Shown here: piece by piece, positions 12,797-23,500 of the stretch
Position numbering within the stretch: the first letter of the stretch is position 1
Layout: each line of letters begins with the position of its first letter
Assembly: GCA_964057225.1 (NCBI GenBank)
Contig: CAXKVF010000094.1
Coordinates: forward strand, 74,453-138,452
DNA: 64,000 bases
Direction of reading: 5' to 3'
Source: Auanema rhodensis
Lineage: Eukaryota; Animalia; Nematoda
Program-made: the position numbers and the translations under genes
Notes under the pieces: generated by a model
What the model saw: only the letters and a program-made list of their open reading frames with translations
What the model was told of the DNA's origin: nothing
The model's database searches: none

Positions 12797-15625
12797 CTAA
12801 TCGCTAAGGAAAAGTTGAAGATGTTTGCGAAATTTGGGAGCTTTTTCAAGACTCACAATGTTTGATGGTATTGAATTCCAGAGTTCTATGGCTCTGTACT
12901 CGATACCTCTTCTAGTTTGAGTCTTCTGGACGTTTGGAAAATCCACAGTCCATTCGTGACGCCTTAGTGAGTGTGTGAATTTTTTGAGCTTAAAAATTTT
13001 CAAAGTATTCTCTGAAATTGGTTGTTTTATTTGGTTAAAATAAAAAATTAAATCGAAAACTAGTCTTCTGAAAAATAACTTTTGCCCCCCTAGCAAAGAC
13101 AGTTGATCTTCATAGCTCATTTTAGATCCTGAGCGCATGAAAACTGCGCGCAGAAACTTTTTTTGAACATTTTCAATCCGGTCTTTGTCTTTAGAATCTT
13201 GTGGGGACCAGATAATAGAAGCATATTCCAATATTGGTCTTATGTAAGTACAGAATAAGTTGTACATAAGAGAAGGCGATTTAGAGTAGAAACAACGTAA
13301 AATTATTTTACATTTTTTTGCTGCTTCACTTGTGATTTTGTTTATGTGGTTTGAGAAGGAGAGATTGTAATCTGTGAATACTCCAAGATCTTTGTAACAA
13401 TCTACTGAAGATAGGTTAAAGTTACCAAAAGTGAAAGCGAAGTTTTCAGGATTACTAATTGGTTTATTTGACATAACCATTATTTTAGATTTAGAGATGT
13501 TAACGGCCATCCCGTTTGAGTCGCACCATAATTTTAATTGATCAAGGGCCCGCTGTAAACTAGTAGGGTTTTTGCTGTAGAGCTTCAAATCATCTGCATA
13601 GAGAATGGAGCTGACATCATTAGGAAAATCGGATGTTATGTCATTTATGTAAAATAAAAACAACAGAGGACCAAGAACTGTACCTTGTGGTACACCACAA
13701 GTGAGTTGTTTAGGTGGTGATAAGGAATTATTGACCATAACTGAAAAAAACCTACCAGAGATGAAACTTTGGAGAAAGGAATGAAGTGGGCCTTGAATAC
13801 CAATGGACTTGAGTTTTGAAAAAAGAGTAGAATGTTGTATAAGATCGAAGGCTTTTGAAAAGTCGATATAAGCTACAAAAACCGGAGTATTACAGTCCAA
13901 TGATGATCTGAAAGAGATGTGGCTACTGAGAATTGCAGAAACAGTGCTTCTTTTAGGAAGGAAGGCGTGTTGATTTTGAGATATGGCACCATTGGAAATA
14001 CCAAAATTAAGAAGTGGAGTACGTATTATACGTTCAAAGATTTTTGAGAGACTGGAAGTGAGTGAAATTGGGCGGTAGTTACTTGGATTTTCAGGTCGGC
14101 CCGTTTTGAAAATGGGACGAATCCAGGCTAACTTCCAATCAGGAGGACAAGTTGAGGTAACTAACAAATTGTGAAAAATAAAAGCTAATGGATTAGCCAG
14201 AGTAAAAGCACATTGTTTAAGAAAGTAATATGGAATACCATCCGGAGATGTGGATACCCTGAGTGGAAGACTATGAAGAGTTTTGTAGACCAATTCAGGT
14301 GTTATATCCATGAAATCAATGGTATGACTGGAAGAAGAAGAGACGGAAACATGAGTGTTTTCCTGAGAGACAAGAGGAGAAAGAGGAGAAACCGTGAAAA
14401 CCTCGGCAAATGCTGACACTTTATCAATATCTGAAGAAACTGACACATTGTTGACAGTGAGGTTTGGAATGTCAGATGTTTTACCATTTAATCGGGCCTT
14501 ACAAAAACGATAAAAAAGTTTGGAGTTTTTTAAGGCAGCAATACGCTCTTCCTCTAAAGCACAATTGATTTTTATTAGCTTGTCCAATTTTACTGAAAGA
14601 TTTTTACGGCGAATCTCGTCAGATAGATATAAAGAGCAACTTAGCCTGTTAATTTGATTTCTGAGTTTTGCAATGTTACGATCCGCTTTTTTATTTTTCC
14701 TCGGTTGTTTTTTAGGAACATAAATGTCAATGATTGAATGTAGAATAGAGATAAACTTTGAATACGATTGGAGTGGAGTAAGACCTGAAAGTTCAGAACA
14801 GAAGTCGATGTTGACCAGTTGCCTATTGATACGTTCATAATCAGCCAAAAGGAAATTGCGGTCTGATAACATGGAGAGAGATGTGGGTTCAGCACTATGT
14901 AAATCTTGTAGATGAAAATTTTCAGATTTTGAAAGTATATGAAAGGTGATGGAAAAATGATCCGAAGCCCCAAGTGGACCAGATCGCTTGATATTGTTGA
15001 CACAACGAACGTTATTTGTAATTATATAGTCAAGAATATTTTCACCTCTAGTAGGAAAATTTACTAGCTGGTTTAGACAATTGTGATTGAGAAATTGGAG
15101 TAGAATTCTACTAGAAGGAGTAGGTTGAGAACATATACCAAGATCCCAGTTTATTTTAGGGAAATTAAGATCACCAGTGAGATAGAGAGACCGATTAACT
15201 AAATGATTTTGTAGATCACAAAGATAGTTTGAGAAATCTAAGCTAGATGATGATGGAGAACGGTAACAAACAGAAAAAATAGAATTGGAAGATGTGATGA
15301 GAATATTTATAAACTGTATGGTAGATGAATTACAAGAGCAGGAAAGAAGACGAAAAGTAATATGTTTTTTGATGAAAAGTAGTACACCACCACCCCGTGA
15401 TGAACATCTATCAGCCCTGAGGATATTATAGATGTCACCTAACGGAAGAAGATTAGTGTTAAATTGGGGGTAAAGCCAGGACTCTGATATAGCAATTATA
15501 TCAGGAGAATTGGGAGAGATGATAACTGGGAGAAGATGAAGTTTGGTGAGAATTGAGCGTGCATTGTAACAGTGAACAGAAATGTAAGTGTGGTTAGAGA
15601 CGAGAACAGGTGTTGACGATAACAT
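12797..15625 (-). CDS. Element A ORF2: AP endonuclease + reverse transcriptase (942 aa from ATG at 15625; frame is open further upstream, overlapping the ORF1 end)
   Basis: EN motifs NARS, ISESW, RGGGV, CYR, GDLN, LDY, SDH; RT motifs NYRPISLTS, DFSKAFD, GVPQGTVLGPLLF, YADD, KDLGV; no internal stops. Confidence 0.97.
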   Translation of the reverse strand: MLSSTPVLVSNHTYISVHCYNARSILTKLHLLPVIISPNSPDIIAISESWLYPQFNTNLLPLGDIYNILRADRCSSRGGGVLLFIKKHITFRLLSCSCNSSTIQFINILITSSNSIFSVCYRSPSSSSLDFSNYLCDLQNHLVNRSLYLTGDLNFPKINWDLGICSQPTPSSRILLQFLNHNCLNQLVNFPTRGENILDYIITNNVRCVNNIKRSGPLGASDHFSITFHILSKSENFHLQDLHSAEPTSLSMLSDRNFLLADYERINRQLVNIDFCSELSGLTPLQSYSKFISILHSIIDIYVPKKQPRKNKKADRNIAKLRNQINRLSCSLYLSDEIRRKNLSVKLDKLIKINCALEEERIAALKNSKLFYRFCKARLNGKTSDIPNLTVNNVSVSSDIDKVSAFAEVFTVSPLSPLVSQENTHVSVSSSSSHTIDFMDITPELVYKTLHSLPLRVSTSPDGIPYYFLKQCAFTLANPLAFIFHNLLVTSTCPPDWKLAWIRPIFKTGRPENPSNYRPISLTSSLSKIFERIIRTPLLNFGISNGAISQNQHAFLPKRSTVSAILSSHISFRSSLDCNTPVFVAYIDFSKAFDLIQHSTLFSKLKSIGIQGPLHSFLQSFISGRFFSVMVNNSLSPPKQLTCGVPQGTVLGPLLFLFYINDITSDFPNDVSSILYADDLKLYSKNPTSLQRALDQLKLWCDSNGMAVNISKSKIMVMSNKPISNPENFAFTFGNFNLSSVDCYKDLGVFTDYNLSFSNHINKITSEAAKKCKIILRCFYSKSPSLMYNLFCTYIRPILEYASIIWSPQDSKDKDRIENVQKKFLRAVFMRSGSKMSYEDQLSLLGGQKLFFRRLVFDLIFYFNQIKQPISENTLKIFKLKKFTHSLRRHEWTVDFPNVQKTQTRRGIEYRAIELWNSIPSNIVSLEKAPKFRKHLQLFLSD

Positions 15626-15629
15626 TGGA

Positions 15630-15641
15630 TCAACGAAAGGA
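15630..15641 (-). other. Putative +1 ribosomal frameshift site TCC TTT CGT TGA (element A)
   Basis: Identical to the UCC_UUU_CGU PA-X motif; last three codons of ORF1; ORF2 lies in the +1 frame (CCT TTC GTT GAT); conserved in element B. Confidence 0.7.
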
Positions 15642-16699
15642 CCCGTTATTGGACAAAACAACAGAAGATGATGCAGAAGGACTACTCATAGATCTGGTAT
15701 TAGGTCCAGTTGGTTTAACTACCCGAGGCGGATTTTTTCTCCTTCTTGGGCTTATTGAATGATTTTTATCTGTTGGTACAGACACCTGCCTATTGTTAGA
15801 CCGACTGGGTCTACCAGATTTACGAGGGGGGCTGGAGATGAGAGAAGAAATTGGTTTTAAGATTGAACTGCAAACGGCATCAACTACTGAAGGGGTTTCA
15901 GCTGGTTGAGTGTCCACAGTGACAGAGAGAGTGTTGATGGCATGCGAAGTAACATTGGTAGATTTACGGGGGACTTCAATAATTTTGAGATCCCGTACAA
16001 GAAAAGTCTTTTCAGTGTTATTTTCATTCTTGATTTTTGCTTCTTTTCGCAAGTTTTTCTCCAGTTCAATTTCGAAGGGGAGATAATCTCGTCGCAAAAA
16101 CGTTTTTGAGAGGAAATCGAAGCATTTTGATTTATTGAATTTAATAACTTGAATAATCTTGTCACGTAAATCTACCGATGGACACGTAATTATGAGAGGG
16201 CCAGGGGAATTAGATTTGAGAGTTGAACGTGCAATAGTAATTTGATTGCTATCGATCAAAGAAGACAAAGTGGTGTCCTGAGATTTCTCGATAATAAGAT
16301 AATAAGTTTTAGTAACAACAGAGGTTCAGTTGGAAATTCTGTTGACTTTAATGGCACTCGAAACCAAAGGGCTCTTTTGGCACGGTAGAGGTACTTTGTC
16401 TCCTCTGATCGTAATTTTTGAAAATGACATGCTACATTGAGTGGGGAAAAAGTTGGAACACAGGTAGAATTAGTGTTGCTAGTGGTTTGAAATGAGTTAA
16501 AAGTTTGCTCTAACTTATCTAAGCGGGATTTGAAATCCGTTTCGATAGTTTTTAAGCGAGCCTCGTGCGACGTGATACTAATTTTCATACAGTTAAGCTC
16601 ATTTTTTATATCATTTGACAATTTTGAAAAAGAGTTCTCGAGAGACTTTGAGAAATTTTGAAGAGCATTTGTAAGAAAATCATTAGTCACGAAAGACAT
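15630..16699 (-). pseudogene. Element A ORF1 (coiled-coil N-terminus, conserved core, basic Ser/Pro-rich tail), split by one frameshift
   Basis: ATG at 16699 (MSFVTND...). Track ORFs 16256..16753 and 15630..16268 overlap and can be joined by one -1 frame change between ~16324 and 16256. The C-terminal part aligns with element B ORF1 (YLPFEI.LE.NLR.EAK, FLVRDL, SPRRRKNPPR, SFR*). Confidence 0.8.
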
Positions 16700-16899
16700 A
16701 TTGAAAAACGAGGGAGTAAAAGAAGGGAAGTAAGAAAGAATAAGAATAAACACTGAAGTGGAAAATAAAAAAGAAACAAATACGAGAGAAAGGAAATAAT
16801 GATAAAACTAAAATGCGATACGAAAGAGAGCGCACCTTGACAAAGCCAGTCCGACGAAAATTTCCTTGACAGAAACGGATCCGGATCCAAACAGCGGAA

Positions 16900-17519
16900 G
16901 TCAACTGACGAGTGGGAGGTCAACTGACGAGTGTGGAGGTCAACTGACGAGTGAGGAGGTCAACTGACGAGTGGGAGGTCAACTGACGAGTGTGGAGGTC
17001 AACTGACGAGTGGGAGGTCAACTGACGAGTGGGGAGGTCAACTGACGAGTGGGAGGTCAACTGACGAGTGAGGAGGTCAACTGACGAGTGGGAGGTCAAC
17101 TGACGAGTGAGGAGGTCAACTGACGAGTGAGAGGTCAACTGACGAGTGGGGAGGTCAACTGACGAGTGGGGAGGTCAACTGACGAGTGGGAGGTCAACTG
17201 ACGAGTGGGAGGTCAACTGACGAGTGAGGAGGTCAACTGACGAGTGGGAGGTCAACTGACGAGTGGGAGGTCAACTGACGAGTGTGGAGGTCAACTGACG
17301 AGTGGGAGGTCAACTGACGAGTGGGAGGTCAACTGACGAGTGGGAGGTCAACTGACGAGTGGGAGGTCAACTGACGACTGGGAGGTCAACTGACGAGTGA
17401 GGACGTCAACTGACGAGTGAGGAGGTCAACTGACGAGTGAGGAGGTCAACTGACGAGTGAGGAGGTCAACTGACGAGTGAGGAGGTCAACTGACGAGTGA
17501 GGAGGTCAACTGACGAGTG
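16900..17519. repeat. 32-copy 19-20-bp tandem array at the 5' end of element A
   Basis: Core GTCAACTGACGAGTG followed by a variable linker (GGAG, TGGAG, AGGAG, GGGAG, AGAG, AGGAC); cores start at 16900, 16919, 16939 ... 17505. Confidence 0.97.
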
Positions 17520-17548
17520 TTCACGTAAATTTCAAAATTTTAAATTTC
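17520..17548. other. Target-derived filler DNA at the element A 5' junction
   Basis: (G)TTCACGTAAATTTCAAA-ATTT-TAAATTTC are pieces of the satellite immediately downstream. Confidence 0.85.
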
Positions 17549-20500
17549 AAATTAAAGTTCACGTAAATTTCAAAGTCATGGTTACCATGAAGCAATATCA
17601 ATAAAAATTTGTTTTTAGACTAATATGGACATGGGGAATCTAATTTTGAAAACCGCATCTCTTTATCTTTTACGTGAAGCGAGTTACATACCAAGTGCAC
17701 ATCACGTGTACATTTAATTAGCATAAATTAAAGTTCACGTAAATTTCAAAGTCATGGTTACCATGAACCAATATCAATAAAAATTTGTTTTTAGACTAAT
17801 ATGGACATGGGGAATCTAATTTTGAAAACCGCATCTCTTTATCTTTCACGTGAAGCGAGTTACATACCAAGTGCACATCACGTGTACATTTAATTAGCAT
17901 AAATTAAAGTTCACGTAAATTTCAAAGTCATGGTTACCATGAAGCAATATCAATAAAAATTTGTTTTTAGACTAATATGGACATGTGGAATCTAATTTTG
18001 AAAACCGCATCTCTTTATCTTTCACGTGAAGCGAGTTACATACCAAGTGCACATCACGTGTACATTTAATTAGCATAAATTAAAGTTCACGTAAAATTCA
18101 AAGTCATGGTTACCATGAACCAATATCAATAAAAATTTGTTTTTAGACTAATATGGACATGGGGAATCTAATTTTGAAAACCGCATCTCTTTATCTTTCA
18201 CGTGAAGCGAGTTACATACCAAGTGCACATCACGTGTACATTTAATTAGCATAAATTAAAGTTCACGTAAATTTCAAAGTCATGGTTACCATGAACCAAT
18301 ATCAACAAAAATTTGTTTTTAGACTAATATGGACATGGGGAATCTAATTTTGGAAACCGCATCTCTTTATCTTTCACGTGAAGCGAGTTACATACCAAGT
18401 GCACATCACGTGTACATTTAATTAGCATAAATTAAAGTTCACGTAAATTTCAAAGTCATGGTTACCATGCACCAATATCAATAAAAATTTGTTTTTAGAC
18501 TAATATGGACATGGGGAATCTAATTTTGAAAACCGCATCTCTTTATCTTTTACGTGAAGCGAGTTACATACCAAGTGCACATCACGTGTACATTTAATTA
18601 GCATAAATTAAAGTTCACGTAAATTTCAAAGTCATGGTTACCATGAAGCAATATCAATAAAAATTTGTTTTTAGACTAATATGGACATGGGGAATCTAAT
18701 TTTGAAAACCGCATCTCTTTATCTTTCACGTGAAGCGAGTTACATACCAAGTGCACATCACGTGTACATTTAATTAGCATAAATTAAAGTTCACGTAAAT
18801 TTCAAAGTCATGGTTACCATGAACCAATATCAATAAAAATTTGTTTTTAGACTAATATGGACATGGGGAATCTAATTTTGAAAACCGCATCTCTTTATCT
18901 TTCACGTGAAGCGAGTTACATACCAAGTGCACATCACGTGTACATTTAATTAGCATAAATTAAAGTTCACGTAAATTTCAAAGTCATGGTTACCATGCAC
19001 CAATATCAATAAAAATTTGTTTTTAGACTAATATGGACATGGGGAATCTAATTTTGAAAACCGCATCTCTTTATCTTTCACGTGAAGCGAGTTACATACC
19101 AAGTGCACATCACGTGTACATTTAATTAGCATAAATTAAAGTTCACGTAAATTTCAAAGTCATGGTTACCATGCACCAATATCAATAAAAATTTGTTTTT
19201 AGACTAATATGGACATGGGGAATCTAATTTTGAAAACCGCATCTCTTTATCTTTCACGTGAAGCGAGTTACATACCAAGTGCACATCACGTGTACATTTA
19301 ATTAGCATAAATTAAAGTTCACGTAAATTTCAAAGTCATGGTTACCATGCACCAATATCAATAAAAATTTGTTTTTAGACTAATATGGACATGGGGAATC
19401 TAATTTTGAAAACCGCATCTCTTTATCTTTCACGTGAAGCGAGTTACATACCAAGTGCACATCACGTGTACATTTAATTAGCATAAATTAAAGTTCACGT
19501 AAATTTCAAAGTCATGGTTACCATGAAGCAATATCAATAAAAATTTGTTTTTAGACTAATATGGACATGGGGAATCTAATTTTGAAAACCGCATCTCTTT
19601 ATCTTTCACGTGAAGCGAGTTACATACCAAGTGCACATCACGTGTACATTTAATTAGCATAAATTAAAGTTCACGTAAATTTCAAAGTCATGGTTACCAT
19701 GCACCAATATCAATAAAAATTTGTTTTTAGACTAATATGGACATGGGGAATCTAATTTTGAAAACCGCATCTCTTTATCTTTCACGTGAAGCGAGTTACA
19801 TACCAAGTGCACATCACGTGTACATTTAATTAGCATAAATTAAAGTTCACGTAAATTTCAAAGTCATGGTTACCATGCACCAATATCAATAAAAATTTGT
19901 TTTTAGACTAATATGGACATGGGGAATCTAATTTTGAAAACCGCATCTCTTTATCTTTCACGTGAAGCGAGTTACATACCAAGTGCACATCACGTGTACA
20001 TTTAATTAGCATAAATTAAAGTTCACGTAAATTTCAAAGTCATGGTTACCATGAAGCAATATCAATAAAAATTTGTTTTTAGACTAATATGGAAATGGGG
20101 AATCTAATTTTGAAAACCGCATCTCTTTATCTTTCACGTGAAGCGAGTTACATACCAAGTGCACATCACGTGTACATTTAATTAGCATAAATTAAAGTTC
20201 ACGTAAATTTCAAAGTCATGGTTACCATGAACCAATATCAATAAAAATTTGTTTTTAGACTAATATGGACATGGGGAATCTAATTTTGAAAACCGCATCT
20301 CTTTATCTTTCACGTGAAGCGAGTTACATACCAAGTGCACATCACGTGTACATTTAATTAGCATAAATTAAAGTTCACGTAAATTTCAAAGTCATGGTTA
20401 CCATGAAGCAATATCAATAAAAATTTGTTTTTAGACTAATATGGACATGTGGAATCTAATTTTGAAAACCGCATCTCTTTATCTTTCACGTGAAGCGAGT

Positions 20501-23500
20501 TACATACCAAGTGCACATCACGTGTACATTTAATTAGCATAAATTAAAGTTCACGTAAAATTCAAAGTCATGGTTACCATGAACCAATATCAATAAAAAT
20601 TTGTTTTTAGACTAATATGGACATGGGGAATCTAATTTTGAAAACCGCATCTCTTTATCTTTCACGTGAAGCGAGTTACATACCAAGTGCACATCACGTG
20701 TACATTTAATTAGCATAAATTAAAGTTCACGTAAATTTCAAAGTCATGGTTACCATGAACCAATATCAATAAAAATTTGTTTTTAGACTAATATGGACAT
20801 GGGGAATCTAATTTTGAAAACCGCATCTCTTTATCTTTTACGTGAAGCGAGTTACATACCAAGTGCACATCACGTGTACATTTAATTAGCATAAATTAAA
20901 GTTCACGTAAATTTCAAAGTCATGGTTACCATGCACCAATATCAATAAAAATTTGTTTTTAGACTAATATGGACATGGGGAATCTAATTTTGAAAACCGC
21001 ATCTCTTTATCTTTCACGTGAAGCGAGTTACATACCAAGTGCACATCACGTGTACATTTAATTAGCATAAATTAAAGTTCACGTAAATTTCAAAGTCATG
21101 GTTACCATGCACCAATATCAATAAAAATTTGTTTTTAGACTAATATGGACATGGGGAATCTAATTTTGAAAACCGCATCTCTTTATCTTTCACGTGAAGC
21201 GAGTTACATACCAAGTGCACATCACGTGTACATTTAATTAGCATAAATTAAAGTTCACGTAAATTTCAAAGTCATGGTTACCATGAAGCAATATCAATAA
21301 AAATTTGTTTTTAGACTAATATGGAAATGGGGAATCTAATTTTGAAAACCGCATCTCTTTATCTTTCACGTGAAGCGAGTTACATACCAAGTGCACATCA
21401 CGTGTACATTTAATTAGCATAAATTAAAGTTCACGTAAATTTCAAAGTCATGGTTACCATGAACCAATATCAATAAAAATTTGTTTTTAGACTAATATGG
21501 ACATGGGGAATCTAATTTTGAAAACCGCATCTCTTTATCTTTCACGTGAAGCGAGTTACATACCAAGTGCACATCACGTGTACATTTAATTAGCATAAAT
21601 TAAAGTTCACGTAAAATTCAAAGTCATGGTTACCATGCACCAATATCAATAAAAATTTGTTTTTAGACTAATATGGACATGGGGAATCTAATTTTGAAAA
21701 CCGCATCTCTTTATCTTTTACGTGAAGCGAGTTACATACCAAGTGCACATCACGTGTACATTTAATTAGCATAAATTAAAGTTCACGTAAATTTCAAAGT
21801 CATGGTTACCATGCACCAATATCAATAAAAATTTGTTTTTAGACTAATATGGACATGGGGAATCTAATTTTGAAAACCGCATCTCTTTATCTTTCACGTG
21901 AAGCGAGTTACATACCAAGTGCACATCACGTGTACATTTAATTAGCATAAATTAAAGTTCACGTAAATTTCAAAGTCATGGTTACCATGAACCAATATCA
22001 ATAAAAATTTGTTTTTAGACTAATATGGACATGGGGAATCTAATTTTGAAAACCGCATCTCTTTATCTTTCACGTGAAGCGAGTTACATACCAAGTGCAC
22101 ATCACGTGTACATTTAATTAGCATAAATTAAAGTTCACGTAAATTTCAAAGTCATGGTTACCATGAACCAATATCAATAAAAATTTGTTTTTAGACTAAT
22201 ATGGACATGGGGAATCTAATTTTGAAAACCGCATCTCTTTATCTTTCACGTGAAGCGAGTTACATACCAAGTGCACATCACGTGTACATTTAATTAGCAT
22301 AAATTAAAGTTCACGTAAATTTCAAAGTCATGGTTACCATGCACCAATATCAATAAAAATTTGTTTTTAGACTAATATGGACATGGGGAATCTAATTTTG
22401 AAAACCGCATCTCTTTATCTTTCACGTGAAGCGAGTTACATACCAAGTGCACATCACGTGTACATTTAATTAGCATAAATTAAAGTTCACGTAAATTTCA
22501 AAGTCATGGTTACCATGCACCAATATCAATAAAAATTTGTTTTTAGACTAATATGGACATGGGGAATCTAATTTTGAAAACCGCATCTCTTTATCTTTCA
22601 CGTGAAGCGAGTTACATACCAAGTGCACATCACGTGTACATTTAATTAGCATAAATTAAAGTTCACGTAAATTTCAAAGTCATGGTTACCATGCACCAAT
22701 ATCAATAAAAATTTGTTTTTAGACTAATATGGACATGGGGAATCTAATTTTGAAAACCGCATCTCTTTATCTTTCACGTGAAGCGAGTTACATACCAAGT
22801 GCACATCACGTGTACATTTAATTAGCATAAATTAAAGTTCACGTAAATTTCAAAGTCATGGTTACCATGCACCAATATCAATAAAAATTTGTTTTTAGAC
22901 TAATATGGACATGGGGAATCTAATTTTGAAAACCGCATCTCTTTATCTTTTACGTGAAGCGAGTTACATACCAAGTGCACATCACGTGTACATTTAATTA
23001 GCATAAATTAAAGTTCACGTAAATTTCAAAGTCATGGTTACCATGAAGCAATATCAATAAAAATTTGTTTTTAGACTAATATGGACATGGGGAATCTAAT
23101 TTTGAAAACCGCATCTCTTTATCTTTCACGTGAAGCGAGTTACATACCAAGTGCACATCACGTGTACATTTAATTAGCATAAATTAAAGTTCACGTAAAT
23201 TTCAAAGTCATGGTTACCATGCACCAATATCAATAAAAATTTGTTTTTAGACTAATATGGACATGGGGAATCTAATTTTGAAAACCGCATCTCTTTATCT
23301 TTCACGTGAAGCGAGTTACATACCAAGTGCACATCACGTGTACATTTAATTAGCATAAATTAAAGTTCACGTAAATTTCAAAGTCATGGTTACCATGCAC
23401 CAATATCAATAAAAATTTGTTTTTAGACTAATATGGACATGGGGAATCTAATTTTGAAAACCGCATCTCTTTATCTTTCACGTGAAGCGAGTTACATACC

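Larger units (their letters stand above)
12256..17519 (-). mobile_element. Element A: near full-length non-LTR retrotransposon, CR1-like clade
   Basis: 5' UTR, ORF1, APE-RT ORF2 and ~540-nt 3' UTR inserted in satellite; TSD AAATTA at 12250-12255 and 17549-17554; no LTRs. The ORF2 C-terminus (RAIELWNSIP...FRKHL) resembles CR1/L2-group elements. Confidence 0.95.

Noticed and set aside
14213-16165. Small alternative-frame or antisense ORFs inside element A (likewise 37728..37943, 38336..38653, 38650..38892 and 39389..39925 in B)
   Set aside because: Shadows of ORF1/ORF2 with no motifs and no evident conservation between the elements.
16683-17138. ORFs 16920..17138, 16687..16923 and 16683..16904
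   Set aside because: Translations of the tandem array and T-rich 5' UTR from non-ATG starts.
16900-17519. CRISPR-like array
   Set aside because: Linkers are 4-5 nt and nearly identical, there are no unique spacers or cas genes, and the context is a eukaryotic LINE.
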